Positions 1 to 9,846 of a stretch of DNA of 64,000 nucleotides are shown here, piece by piece. The notes below the pieces were generated by a model. It ran no database searches. It worked only from the letters and a program-made list of their open reading frames with translations, and was not told the DNA's origin. A program made the translations under genes and the position numbers. Origin of the DNA: Clostridia bacterium (GTDB taxonomy: Bacteria > Bacillota > Clostridia > Oscillospirales > Acutalibacteraceae); contig JAFSYP010000066.1 in NCBI GenBank assembly GCA_017449935.1, positions 2,934 to 66,933 on the forward strand. Reading direction: 5' to 3'. How positions within the stretch are numbered: position 1 is the first letter of the stretch; every line of letters begins with the position of its first letter.

Positions 1-3000
1 GGCGACAGCCGGTGGCGCGTGATCGGCTATGACGGCGCGGGCGCCGCGAGCGAGAGCGGCACGATGACGCTGTTCGCGAACGCCGGCATGGGTACGTCGT
101 ATTTTGATTTCGACGGCAAAACCGGCAAACAATACGCAGGCAGCGATCTGGAAAAGCAGACGAATCAGATCTACAACAACGCGTTCTCCGATCCCGAGCA
201 GCTCGCCGTGCGGGATAGAACGCTGAATGCCGGCACGTACGACGGCGCAAATACGGACGGCGTTGAAGGGTCGTCAGTAGGATACGCGCGTTTGTGGCCG
301 CTTTCGACGAAGGAAGCGAATGCCGTGGCCGACCTGCGCAAGGATACCGGCGCGTGGTGGCTGCGCTCGCCCGGCGACGGCGTCAACAACGTGGCGTTTG
401 TCAAAAAGGAAGGGGACGTCGACCACATCGGTCAGAGTTTCCGCAGCGAATCCGGCGTTCGTCCCGCTTTTTATGTCGATCTCGGCAGAGTTCTCTTTGC
501 GTCCGCTGCCGTGGGCGGCAAGCAGGGCGACGGCGTGCTGACGCCGGTCGAAGATGTTATCAACGCCGAATGGAAGCTGACGCTGTGGGAGTCACGCCGC
601 CAATGGTTCACCGTGACCGAAACGTCGGCGACGGCGACAGCGGGCGACACGATCACGCTGCATTATCAATACGCCGAGCCCGGCGATAACGAATATATCT
701 CCGCGATCGTGACGGACGAAAACGGCAAAGCTTTGTATTACGGCAGACTGACGCCGGCAACGACTGAGGACGGCACGGTCGATATCGTTCTGCCCGCCGA
801 TCTTGCCGAGGGCAGCTACACGCTCAAGGTCTTCAACGAGCAGTATAACGGCGACTATAAGACTGACCTCGCGAGCGCACCCGTCGACGTGACGCTGACG
901 GTGGAACCTCTTGTTACGCCCGACATGACCCTCGAAGCCGAGTCCGTCACATACGGCGAAGAATGCGACGTGACCGTCACCCTGCCCGACGACGCGACCG
1001 GCACGGTCAGCTTTAAACTGACGGGCCATCTCGAACAGAACACCTACACGTTCGACGACGTCGCCGTGGTGAACGGCAAAGCGGAGCTGCATGAAAAACT
1101 GAACGCGGACGACGGATATGAAACCGTCGTGACCTACAGCGGCGACAGTCAGTATGCCGGCGCCGAGGGAAAGTGCACGTTCGTGGTCGGAAAGGCGCCG
1201 ACCGAGCTCGAGATCACGACGTCGCCCGACACGCTCGCTTACGGCGATACTCTGCACGTCACCGTCACGTTGTCCGGCGGCACGGTATTTGCCGCGGATC
1301 AGATCGACGAGCAGACCGGCGAACCGGCACACGGACCCGGCAGCGTCACGATCAGCGTGGATGGAAAAGAATATAGAACGGTGACCGTCGATCCCGACGA
1401 CGTGACGATCGTATTGGACGGCAACGTCGCGACGCTCGAAGTGAACGGTCTGACCGCGGGGGTGCATATGATCGATGCCGTGTTTGCCGGCAGCGACAAT
1501 TACGTGGGCAGCACAGCAGACGCAACGGTCGAGATCGGAAAGAAGAAGATCCAGGAGCCGACGCCGATCGAAAACCTTGCCTATACCGGCGAGCGGCAGG
1601 TTGGCGTAAACTATGACGCAAGTTTATTGGGCGTCGCGTATGAGATCGGAATGGGCGCACGGGTTGCGGCAACAGACGCCGGAACATACGGCTGCTCCTT
1701 CCGCATCAAAGACAACTATAAATGGGCGAACACGGACGGCGCGATCTGTGAATTTACCTGGTCCATCGGCAAGGCGTCCGTAGAGATACCCACTGCAAAA
1801 GAGAATTTGATCTGCACCGGCGAAGAGCAGATCGGCGTGGATTACGACGAAAGCAACGGCTACACGCTCGTTTCCGGTAACGCTGCCGGAACGGGTGCGG
1901 GCGAATACGAAGCGACGTTCGCTTTGAATGATACGAAGAACTATCAGTGGGCAAATGGCAGCACCGATCCCGTGACCGTTTCCTGGTCCATCGGCTGCAA
2001 GCACGAATGGAAAGAGCCGACGTGGGATTGGACGCAGGACGTCCATAACCCGACCTACACTGCGCAGTGCAATAACTGCACCGACACAGCGACCGGCACC
2101 GTGCCGAGCGATGAAGGCGAACGCGTGGCGGCGACGGTCGACGAAGACGCCTACACGCCATACACCGCGGAAGTGAAGCTCGGCGAGCAGACGTTCCAAG
2201 ACACGTTCAAAGTTTACGAACCGGGAACGGCGTTTGAAGCATACAAAGAAGCGCAGAAGAAGGCCGCCGACGAAAAAGCGCAGGACGGCGACAGCGAAAA
2301 AGCCGGCGCGCTAATCGAGGCTGCCAAGAAAGCGATCGACGACGTGCAGTTCAACGAAAACAATACGCTGCAGCAGAACAAGGACGCCGTCGACGCCGCC
2401 GCGAATTTCGCACAGCTCGACAAAGACCTTGCCGACCAACGCGCAGCCGACGCGGTCGAAGATAAGATCGACGCCATCGGCGACGTCGAATACACCGACG
2501 AAAGCAAGCAGAAGATCGACGCTGCAAGAGAGGCCTATGACGATCTGACCGACGAGCAGAAAGCGCTCGTCGACAACCTGAAAACGCTGACCGACGCGGA
2601 GAAAGCGTATAATCTGCTCGCCGACAAGGACGCGTTCTCGAAATACAAAGACGCGCAGAAGAAGGCCGCTGAGGACAAGCGTCTGCCCGGCGACAGCGCC
2701 GAATGCAAACAGCTGATCGACGACACCATCGACGCGATCAACGACGTGCAGTACAACGATAACGATACGCTGCAGCAGAACAAGGACGCTGTTGACGCAG
2801 CCGCGAATCTTGCGCAGCTTGACGCCGATCTTGCGGAGCACAGAGCGATCCATTACGCGGACTTCTATGCCGACGGAAAGCCGGTCGAAAGCGTACCGTA
2901 CACCATCGACACGAAGAGCATTGACGCGCCGGAGGTTCCCGACAAGCCGGGGTATACCGCGGCATGGCCGGACTACACGCTGAAAGCCGGCGGCGTGCGC

Positions 3001-3579
3001 GTTGACGCGGTCTATACGCCCATCACCTATACGGCGGTGTTCGTCGCGCAGGGCACGCGCGTCGGCACGGCGGAATACACCGTGGAGTCGACGTCGATCG
3101 ACGAGCCCGAAGTTCCCGCCAGGACCGGGTATGTCGGTGCGTGGGAGCCGTACACGTTCGAGGTCGGCGGCATGATCGTGAACGCGGTCTATACGCTTGC
3201 GGCCAAACCGTCCGTGACGATCGAATGCGCGAAGAAAAAGGCCTGCATCCTGTATCACGACACGGTGCCGTTTACCGCTGGGATCAGTAATCTGCCCGAC
3301 GGCGCCGAGGTCAGATGGTACGTGAACGGCGAATACGTCGGACTCGGCAACATGTACGCGGTCATCCGCGCGACGGACAACTTCACGATCCAGGCCAAGA
3401 TCATAGATACGGAAAGCGGTCAGGCGCTCGCCGAAAGCGGCGTCGAGAAAGTGACCATCCGCAACAGCTGGTTTATCCGCCTGCTTGTCGCCATCCGGGC
3501 AGCGTTCCTCTGGATGTTCTCCGACGTCTCCCTGCCCGTGCTTTCGTGGATCGACAAGCTCTTCGACGCAGCCGCGTAA
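1..3579 (+). CDS. Large secreted/cell-surface protein, 5'-truncated by the window edge
   Basis: The frame is open from nt 1 (GDSRWR precedes the listed start). The N-terminal module has the WWLRSPG / GVRPAF motifs typical of DUF6273-type domains. It is followed by Ig-like repeats, two roughly 70-aa alpha-helical repeats (AQKKAA...TLQQNKDAVDAAAN), two PGYT..W-type (Listeria-Bacteroides-like) repeats, and a hydrophobic Trp-rich C-terminal tail. Confidence 0.8.
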   Translation, partial: GDSRWRVIGYDGAGAASESGTMTLFANAGMGTSYFDFDGKTGKQYAGSDLEKQTNQIYNNAFSDPEQLAVRDRTLNAGTYDGANTDGVEGSSVGYARLWPLSTKEANAVADLRKDTGAWWLRSPGDGVNNVAFVKKEGDVDHIGQSFRSESGVRPAFYVDLGRVLFASAAVGGKQGDGVLTPVEDVINAEWKLTLWESRRQWFTVTETSATATAGDTITLHYQYAEPGDNEYISAIVTDENGKALYYGRLTPATTEDGTVDIVLPADLAEGSYTLKVFNEQYNGDYKTDLASAPVDVTLTVEPLVTPDMTLEAESVTYGEECDVTVTLPDDATGTVSFKLTGHLEQNTYTFDDVAVVNGKAELHEKLNADDGYETVVTYSGDSQYAGAEGKCTFVVGKAPTELEITTSPDTLAYGDTLHVTVTLSGGTVFAADQIDEQTGEPAHGPGSVTISVDGKEYRTVTVDPDDVTIVLDGNVATLEVNGLTAGVHMIDAVFAGSDNYVGSTADATVEIGKKKIQEPTPIENLAYTGERQVGVNYDASLLGVAYEIGMGARVAATDAGTYGCSFRIKDNYKWANTDGAICEFTWSIGKASVEIPTAKENLICTGEEQIGVDYDESNGYTLVSGNAAGTGAGEYEATFALNDTKNYQWANGSTDPVTVSWSIGCKHEWKEPTWDWTQDVHNPTYTAQCNNCTDTATGTVPSDEGERVAATVDEDAYTPYTAEVKLGEQTFQDTFKVYEPGTAFEAYKEAQKKAADEKAQDGDSEKAGALIEAAKKAIDDVQFNENNTLQQNKDAVDAAANFAQLDKDLADQRAADAVEDKIDAIGDVEYTDESKQKIDAAREAYDDLTDEQKALVDNLKTLTDAEKAYNLLADKDAFSKYKDAQKKAAEDKRLPGDSAECKQLIDDTIDAINDVQYNDNDTLQQNKDAVDAAANLAQLDADLAEHRAIHYADFYADGKPVESVPYTIDTKSIDAPEVPDKPGYTAAWPDYTLKAGGVRVDAVYTPITYTAVFVAQGTRVGTAEYTVESTSIDEPEVPARTGYVGAWEPYTFEVGGMIVNAVYTLAAKPSVTIECAKKKACILYHDTVPFTAGISNLPDGAEVRWYVNGEYVGLGNMYAVIRATDNFTIQAKIIDTESGQALAESGVEKVTIRNSWFIRLLVAIRAAFLWMFSDVSLPVLSWIDKLFDAAA
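2233..2847 (+). repeat. Two copies of a roughly 213-nt intragenic repeat (2233-2445 and 2635-2847)
   Basis: The protein segments FEAYKEAQKKAADEK...TLQQNKDAVDAAANFAQLDKDLADQRA and FSKYKDAQKKAAEDK...TLQQNKDAVDAAANLAQLDADLAEHRA are clearly alike. Nucleotide identity is near-perfect across acgctgcagcagaacaaggacgc. Confidence 0.6.
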
Positions 3580-3709
3580 ACGCGACGACGCCTTAATAAC
3601 AACCTTAGCACACCGGTCGAGAAACGGTTCATTCCCGTTTTTCGGCCGGCTTTTCCGCTCTCTGACTATCCTCAAGCTGTCTTTGCGAAGCAAAAACCTC
3701 ACCTTGCTG

Positions 3710-3738
3710 TTGCGGGCGAGGGATGGCTGTGGTATAAT
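3710..3738 (+). promoter_or_regulatory. Sigma-A-type promoter candidate (TTGCGG-17-TATAAT, with TG at -15/-14)
   Basis: TTGCGG lies at 3710-3715 and TATAAT at 3733-3738, separated by a 17-nt spacer. The site is directly upstream of the oxidoreductase ORF. Confidence 0.4.
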
Positions 3739-3750
3739 AAAACAAAAACT

Positions 3751-5028
3751 ATGGGTTATGACAAGGCTATGAACAAGAAATGTGAATTGCACACAGAGGT
3801 TTTGGTGCTCGGAAGCGGACCCTCCGGATTTGCGGCAGCCTATGACGCCGCAAAAAACGGCGCGGACGTCCTGCTCGTCGAACAATGCGGCGACGTCGGC
3901 GGGATCTCCACTTCCGGACTGATGAGCCATTGGACCGGAAGCTGCGGCAGCCCGCTGTTCGCACAGATCCTGCGGCGAAGCGCGCAGAAAAACGAAGGCG
4001 CGTATAAAGACAGGATCACAAACATCATCGACCCGGAAAAGCTGAAAACGCTTTATCTGGAAATGCTGGACGAGGTCGGATGCCGTATCATGCTTTACAC
4101 GTTCGCGGTGGACGCGATCTGTGACGGCGACAGCGTGCGCGGCGCATCTGTGGTCAGCAAATCCGGCCAATATGACATTCATGCCGCGATCACGGTCGAC
4201 GCCACCGGCGACGGCGATATCGCCGCGCGGGCAGGCGCCGAATACATCCTCGGCAGAGAAAGCGATCATAAGATGCAGCCCGCGACGCTGATGTTCAAGG
4301 TCGGCGGCGTGGATACGGACCGCGCGGTGTTTTTAGGCTCGTTTGAATCCACGTACGATACACCGAAGGGCGAGCTGCAGGCGCTTGCAAAACGGCATAT
4401 TCCGTACCCGGCCGGACACATTCTCACGTACAGAACCACGCTGCCCGGGATCGTGACGTGCAACATGACGAACGCCGTGGAGATCGACGGAACACGCGCG
4501 GAGGATCTGACGAAGGCAACGGCGGCCTGCCGCAGACAGATGGAGGATATCGTCCGGTACCTGAGAGCGTACGTTCCCGGCTATGAAAACTGTTTCGTGA
4601 TCAGTTCCGCGTCTCTCATCGGCATCCGCGAAACAAGGCATTTCAAAGGCAGATATACGCTGACGCAGCAGGATATTCTGGACGCAAAGGCTTTTGACGA
4701 TTATGTCGTCAAGGACGCCTATTTCAATTTCGACGTGCACAACATCACAGGCGCCGGCCTGGATGAAACCGGCGTACAGAAGCAGTTTCCCCAGCAGAAC
4801 GGGTATACCATCCCGTATCGCTGCCTGCTGCCGGAAGCGAAAGAAAACCTTTTGCTTTGCGGCAGAAACATCTCCGGCACGCATATTGCGCATTCCAATT
4901 TCAGAGCGATGCCGATCTGTGTCGGCATCGGCGAAGCCGCGGGCACGGCGGCGGCTCTGGCCGTCTCGCAGAAAAAGCGCTTGCAGGACGTTCCGGCAGA
5001 ACTGATCCGCAGGCGCATAGGGATCTGA
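3751..5028 (+). CDS. FAD-dependent oxidoreductase
   Basis: There is an N-terminal dinucleotide-binding motif, VLVLGSGPSGFAAAYDAAKNGADVLLVE. The start is ambiguous: an alternative ATG lies at 3769. Confidence 0.85.
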   Translation: MGYDKAMNKKCELHTEVLVLGSGPSGFAAAYDAAKNGADVLLVEQCGDVGGISTSGLMSHWTGSCGSPLFAQILRRSAQKNEGAYKDRITNIIDPEKLKTLYLEMLDEVGCRIMLYTFAVDAICDGDSVRGASVVSKSGQYDIHAAITVDATGDGDIAARAGAEYILGRESDHKMQPATLMFKVGGVDTDRAVFLGSFESTYDTPKGELQALAKRHIPYPAGHILTYRTTLPGIVTCNMTNAVEIDGTRAEDLTKATAACRRQMEDIVRYLRAYVPGYENCFVISSASLIGIRETRHFKGRYTLTQQDILDAKAFDDYVVKDAYFNFDVHNITGAGLDETGVQKQFPQQNGYTIPYRCLLPEAKENLLLCGRNISGTHIAHSNFRAMPICVGIGEAAGTAAALAVSQKKRLQDVPAELIRRRIGI

Positions 5029-5050
5029 TACACAAAAGGAGGAAATCAGA

Positions 5051-5563
5051 ATGGAATTCAAGGAAGTCGTAAAAAACCGCTATTCGTGCAAAAAGTACAG
5101 CGACAGACAGGTGGAAGACGAGAAGCTGACCGCGATCCTCGAAGCGGGACGTCTGGCGCCTACGGCAAAGAATCTGCAGGAGCAGCACATCTATGCGGTC
5201 CGGTCCGCCGATGCGCTCTCGAAGATCGACGCCGCCACGCCCTGCCGATACGGGGCGCCGACCGTGCTGGTCGTGGCGTTCGACAAAAACAACGTCTTCA
5301 CCTATCCAGGCGGCAAACGGGATTCCGGCGCGGAAGACGCCGCGATCGTCGCCACGTACCTGACGCTCGCCGCAGCGGACGAGCGTGTCGACAGCTGCTG
5401 GCTCAACTTCTTCGATCCCGACAAGCTGGCGGATGCGCTCGGTCTTCCCGAAAACGAAGAGATCCTTATGCTTCTGGATCTCGGCTACGCCGCCGAAGGC
5501 GCAGGCCCTTTGCCGAACCACTTTGCCAGGAAGCCGCTGACGGAAACGGTATCTTACATTTGA
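5051..5563 (+). CDS. Nitroreductase family protein
   Basis: The N-terminus is typical of the family (RYSCKKY...LTAILEAGRLAPTAKNLQ), the length is 170 aa, and a GGAGG ribosome-binding site lies upstream. Confidence 0.85.
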   Translation: MEFKEVVKNRYSCKKYSDRQVEDEKLTAILEAGRLAPTAKNLQEQHIYAVRSADALSKIDAATPCRYGAPTVLVVAFDKNNVFTYPGGKRDSGAEDAAIVATYLTLAAADERVDSCWLNFFDPDKLADALGLPENEEILMLLDLGYAAEGAGPLPNHFARKPLTETVSYI

Positions 5564-5582
5564 TTCTCCGCGCATAAAGGAT

Positions 5583-6536
5583 GTGAAGCAAATGAAAACC
5601 ACCGCATTTCTTTCCCGCAGAGCTTTTGCAGCTCTGCTCGTGATCGCCCTCTTGGTCGGATTATCTGCGCCTGCTTCGGCAGCCGGCGGATTCCGGTATG
5701 TCCACGATCCCGCTCTGAATCCGTCCGCGATGCGCGATATTGTCGCGGATGAGAACGCGGTCTACGGATTCCGGCCGAGCGAGACCGGAAGCCTTGCCAT
5801 GTACGCGTATGCGGACTGGGCCGATCCCGCAGTCGTGGAACAGGGGCGGCAGGATCGGATCGCGTATCACCAGAGCATAGAATCCATGTACGACATGCTG
5901 CGCGATATGCAAGCGCAAGGCAAAACCACAGAGGAGATCGCGCGCGCCGTCAGTACGGAACGCAACCGGATACGTCTGGCGGCGTATGCGGACGATCCGG
6001 AAGGTCTGGCGGCGCTCAAAGCACGGAATTTGGAAAAATACGGCCACGAGGAAGGACCGCTGCCCGATGAACTGTATGCACAGTACGGTTCGTGGACAAC
6101 CGTCATGCAGAAATCCTTCAGTACGAATGCCGGCATGGATGCGTGTCTGGGGCTTTATGACGCCTATTATTTCCTGTATGTGGAGCTCGGATACGTTCCC
6201 GCACAGGTCGAGATCTTTCTCCCGGCAACAGTTAAATGTAAATACGGACAGACGGTCAGTATAAACGCGCAGATCACTGCGGACACAACGAACTACACTG
6301 TCCGTTTCGTATCCGACGATCCCGGCGTCGCGGCGGTCGACGACAACGGCATTGTGACAGGCGTACAATGCGGAAACGCGAACATACGCTGTCTTGTGAC
6401 GGACGCTTTCGGTACGGTCCATGAGTCACAGCCGTGCAAGGTGCGGATCCGCCACACGCTCTTGCAGTGGATCATACACATTTTTCTCTTCGTATGGGAA
6501 TGTTACATTATAATGCCCGTCGCGGCACTGCGATAA
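5583..6536 (+). CDS. Secreted hypothetical protein with a C-terminal Ig-like (Big_2-type) domain
   Basis: A signal peptide ends ...SAPASAAGG. The segment VRFVSDDPGVAAVDDNGIVTGVQCGNANIRCLV is Big_2-like. The protein ends in a Trp-rich hydrophobic tail. The start may be the ATG at 5592. Confidence 0.7.
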   Translation: MKQMKTTAFLSRRAFAALLVIALLVGLSAPASAAGGFRYVHDPALNPSAMRDIVADENAVYGFRPSETGSLAMYAYADWADPAVVEQGRQDRIAYHQSIESMYDMLRDMQAQGKTTEEIARAVSTERNRIRLAAYADDPEGLAALKARNLEKYGHEEGPLPDELYAQYGSWTTVMQKSFSTNAGMDACLGLYDAYYFLYVELGYVPAQVEIFLPATVKCKYGQTVSINAQITADTTNYTVRFVSDDPGVAAVDDNGIVTGVQCGNANIRCLVTDAFGTVHESQPCKVRIRHTLLQWIIHIFLFVWECYIIMPVAALR

Positions 6537-6564
6537 AAGACCTGCCTGAAAAGGAGTTATTCTC

Positions 6565-9063
6565 ATGGCAAAGATCATCATGACCAAGCCCAGCGGCAGC
6601 GGGATCGCGCTGGGCGGCATCGGCGCCGGAAGCGTCGAGCTGATGCCGGACGGCGAGTTCCACTTCTGGCAGATCGCCAACCCGCCCCGTCTGACCAAGG
6701 TTTGCTGGGAGAGCAAGGAGGACGACGGCGAGAAAAGCACGGGCGCGCTGTCGTTCTGGGTCCGGACGGAACGGGCGGGCCGGCGTCCCGTCGTGCGAAA
6801 ACTCGGTATGCGGACGGAACCGGACGATTTTACGTATCGCCTGTTTCCCTGGAGCAAGCCGGTCGAAAGAATCTGCTTCGACGGGCGGTTCCCGGTATGC
6901 GAGCTGCAATACGGAGACGCGGCTCTGCCGTGCCGTCTTACGGGACGGGCGGTCGCGCCGTTCGTACCGCACCGGACGGACACAGCCGCCACGCCCGGCT
7001 TTTATTTGGATTTCGACGTCGAGAATACGGACGCCGAACCGCTGACGGTGAGCCTGCTCGGCACGCTCGTGCCGGAGTTCTGCAACGACGGCGGCTGCCG
7101 GAACACAGCGGACAGGACGCCGGGAAACGTCAGCGTCACGATGCGTCCGTCTGAAAAAACCGACGCGCCGAACTGCGGCGAGGTGTGCTTCAGCATTGGC
7201 GGCGACGGCGAAAAGAGCTTCATCGCGGGAGAGTACCGGCGCTTCATCCGGGAATATATCTTCGACGACGACGCGTTCGGCGTCAGCCAAGAATCCGTTC
7301 TGTTCGGCTTTCGTGAAACGGGCCGTCTGCCCGACAGCGAAGCCGGTTCGCCGCCGCCCGACGTTCCCGAAAACATGCAGGCGCTGTCCGACGGAGAGAT
7401 CGCCGCGCTGTTCGGCGCGTATGCCGATCGCCCCTTTGCCGCGTCCGTTTTGCGGCGTATACGCGACATGCGGCCCGCATTTCCGGAAAGTCGAGATGAA
7501 CAGGCGTCGTTCCTCAAAAGCCTGCGCGAGCAGGATCGTCTGCACAAGAAGGATGAAGAATTCGGCGCGTCGGCCCTGTGCGGCACGGTGCGTCTCGCGC
7601 CGGGCGAGAAAAAAACCGTGCGCTTTATCCTGACGTGGTATTTCCCGAATCACTGCACGGCGGACGGACGGCGGCTCGGCCATTACTATGAGAACCTGTT
7701 CCGCGGCGCCGCGGACGCGAACGCCTTCCTGCGGGATCATCGGCCGGAGGTTTTTGACAAAGCCGTCGCCTTCTCAAAGCTGCTCTATAATACTGACCTG
7801 CCCGAAGCGTATCCGGACTGCTGGAGCGGACATCTGAGCACGATCGTCAAAAGCTCGTGGTATCTGAAGGACGGCAAATTCGGCCTGTGGGAAGGTCAGG
7901 GCTTCTGCGGGTTTCATACGACAGACATCACCTACCATGCTTCGTTCGGCCTGCTGGCGCTGTTCCCGGAGCTGCAGCTGGGACAGATGCGCATGGGCGC
8001 GGCCTTCCAGCGCGAGGACGGGCGCGTGCATCACTTCTTCACGCCGGATCTGGACCATGTGGACAACGGCTTTGACCGCGTGGACATGAACAACCAGTTC
8101 GTGCTCATGGTCCTGCGCGACTACCTTTTTACCGGCGACGCCGATTACCTCAAAGAGATGTGGCCGCACGTGATATGCGCGATGGATTCCATCGGCGCGC
8201 TGGACGGTGACGGCGACGGCCTGCCGGACCGGGACACGAAGCGGAACACCTATGACGCATGGAATTTCGCCGGTACGACGGTTTATATCTCGATCCTGTG
8301 GCTCGCCGCATTGAGGGCCGCCGCCCGGATCGCCGACGAGATGGACGACGCCGTACGCGCCGACAAGTGGAGGAGCCTGCTCGATCAAGGCCTCGCATCT
8401 CTTGAAAAACGCCTTTGGAACGGAGAATACTACGATCTGTGGCTGTCGGACACAGAGAGGGACGAAGGCCTGATGACCGACCAGCTCGACGGAGAATGGT
8501 TCCTGCGGGCGGCGGGTATCGGAGGAAATCTGTGCGACGCGCGGATCAGAGCCGTCATGCGCGTCATCCTCGAGCGCAACTTCGATCCGGACAGCGGACT
8601 GATCAACGCCACATGTCCCGAAGGACGGCATACCACGCTGTTCACCTACAAAAACTGTCAGGCCGAAGCGGTCTGGACGGGCATTGTATACCTCGCGGCC
8701 GCGCTGTGCCTGAGCGTCGGTATGCGCGACGACGCCGACGCCCTTGTCACGTCGATCCGCGACAACCAGGCCCGGTTCGGCGCGCTGTGGGATCACTGGG
8801 AGTGCGGGCATCACTACACGCGTCCGATGTCGAGCTGGACCACGCTGAACGCGGCCTTAGGACTCCGGACAGACAGCGCGCGACGAATCATCCGGCTCGC
8901 GCCGGTCGCGGAAAATGTCACGCTGCCGCTGTGCCTTCCCGGCGTACTGGGTACGGTAGAGGTCAGAAACGGCTCGGCGTCAGTCCGCGTCTCCGAGGGC
9001 AGTCTGGATGGCTGGACCGTCCGGACAGCAACACAGTCCATTGTACCGATTCGGCAAGAGTAA
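6565..9063 (+). CDS. GH116-family beta-glucosidase / glucosylceramidase-like glycoside hydrolase
   Basis: The N-terminus (GIALGGIGAGSVELMPDGEFHFWQI) is characteristic of the GH116 N-terminal domain. The rest is a large (alpha/alpha)6-type C-terminal region of 832 aa total. Confidence 0.85.
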   Translation: MAKIIMTKPSGSGIALGGIGAGSVELMPDGEFHFWQIANPPRLTKVCWESKEDDGEKSTGALSFWVRTERAGRRPVVRKLGMRTEPDDFTYRLFPWSKPVERICFDGRFPVCELQYGDAALPCRLTGRAVAPFVPHRTDTAATPGFYLDFDVENTDAEPLTVSLLGTLVPEFCNDGGCRNTADRTPGNVSVTMRPSEKTDAPNCGEVCFSIGGDGEKSFIAGEYRRFIREYIFDDDAFGVSQESVLFGFRETGRLPDSEAGSPPPDVPENMQALSDGEIAALFGAYADRPFAASVLRRIRDMRPAFPESRDEQASFLKSLREQDRLHKKDEEFGASALCGTVRLAPGEKKTVRFILTWYFPNHCTADGRRLGHYYENLFRGAADANAFLRDHRPEVFDKAVAFSKLLYNTDLPEAYPDCWSGHLSTIVKSSWYLKDGKFGLWEGQGFCGFHTTDITYHASFGLLALFPELQLGQMRMGAAFQREDGRVHHFFTPDLDHVDNGFDRVDMNNQFVLMVLRDYLFTGDADYLKEMWPHVICAMDSIGALDGDGDGLPDRDTKRNTYDAWNFAGTTVYISILWLAALRAAARIADEMDDAVRADKWRSLLDQGLASLEKRLWNGEYYDLWLSDTERDEGLMTDQLDGEWFLRAAGIGGNLCDARIRAVMRVILERNFDPDSGLINATCPEGRHTTLFTYKNCQAEAVWTGIVYLAAALCLSVGMRDDADALVTSIRDNQARFGALWDHWECGHHYTRPMSSWTTLNAALGLRTDSARRIIRLAPVAENVTLPLCLPGVLGTVEVRNGSASVRVSEGSLDGWTVRTATQSIVPIRQE

Positions 9064-9096
9064 ACGCATTTGTTTCTGCTTCCGAAAACAGAGAAA

Positions 9097-9137
9097 CCCC
9101 GTGCAAGGAAGCGTTTCGCTTCATTTCTTGCACGGGG
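9097..9137. terminator. Hairpin between convergent genes (bidirectional terminator candidate)
   Basis: CCCCGTGCAAG (9097-9107) pairs perfectly with CTTGCACGGGG (9127-9137). Confidence 0.5.
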
Positions 9138-9176
9138 ACGTTTGTGCTTTGTGCGGGTAACTGCGGACGTTTGACG

Positions 9177-9767
9177 TCAGCAGTTAGGTTCAGGCTGCGG
9201 ATTTTCTTTTTGTGCATTGATCTCTAAGATCGCATCCATGTGATCGAGAATGAATTGCTGTGCCGCTCTGTTGTACAGAGTGACAATATAGTTTCCTGCC
9301 GCGCCGTTACGCTCTTCCGACATGATACCGAGTTCTATTCCGGAAGCGGTCGGCGTTTTTCTTGTTTTTCCGTCAAATCTCTGCACCTGCGACAGAAGTC
9401 CGGCTTGCACCAAAAACTTTGTTATGCTGCTGTATTTGAACTGCGTCATCGTCGAAAGATCTGCTAACTCATTGATGCGTTTGGTGATCTCGCTGACCGG
9501 GATCGGATAGTCGGAAAAACGAAAGCGCTTCAGCTCCTCTTGCGAGATCGTAAACGGTATCTTTTTCACTTTGTTCTGCTTTCCGACCACGCCGCCGTTT
9601 TCGATCACTTTCCGCAGCACGTCGGAAACATAAAATAAACACCGCGAGATCCGCACCTGATTGATACAATCCGTATCCGAAACAGGCTGATCCGTCAGCG
9701 GATCGACGCCGTTGGCCAACTTGTCAATATACATCTTCGCACGCTGCAATGTTTCTAATTCTGTCAT
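9177..9767 (-). CDS. Hypothetical protein (196 aa) in an AT-richer islet
   Basis: It is a clean ORF with ordinary amino-acid composition and no domain I can name. Its GC content is lower than that of its neighbours. Confidence 0.65.
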   Translation of the reverse strand: MTELETLQRAKMYIDKLANGVDPLTDQPVSDTDCINQVRISRCLFYVSDVLRKVIENGGVVGKQNKVKKIPFTISQEELKRFRFSDYPIPVSEITKRINELADLSTMTQFKYSSITKFLVQAGLLSQVQRFDGKTRKTPTASGIELGIMSEERNGAAGNYIVTLYNRAAQQFILDHMDAILEINAQKENPQPEPNC

Positions 9768-9846
9768 ATCACTTATCTCCTTTTTTATGATGCTCGGAAC
9801 GGCTTTCGTGTTTTTGGCAGGAATAAAAACACCTTTCGCGTTTCGA

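Noticed and set aside
2311-4269. A 652-aa minus-strand ORF. It is one of many similar long ORFs lying antisense to recognisable genes: 6508-7740, 7774-8814, 9712-10776, 12373-13473, 13543-15255, 15245-16582, 17847-18926, 19723-20838, 21943-23154, 24532-26268, 29264-30652, 33279-34574, 35541-37427, 39897-41072, 45631-47118, 48655-49740, 49827-50921 and 54254-55327.
   Set aside because: All of them lie antisense to ORFs with clear family signatures. All have Arg/His/Asp/Gly/Ala-dominated low-complexity translations with no motifs. Open antisense frames of this kind are expected in GC-rich coding DNA.
5086-5577. Alternative-frame ORFs overlapping the nitroreductase gene (5086-5577), the PAP2 gene (20268-21158) and the TVP38-like gene (30577-31302).
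   Set aside because: They lie on the same strand but out of frame with ORFs that carry the family motifs. Their translations are Arg-rich and featureless.
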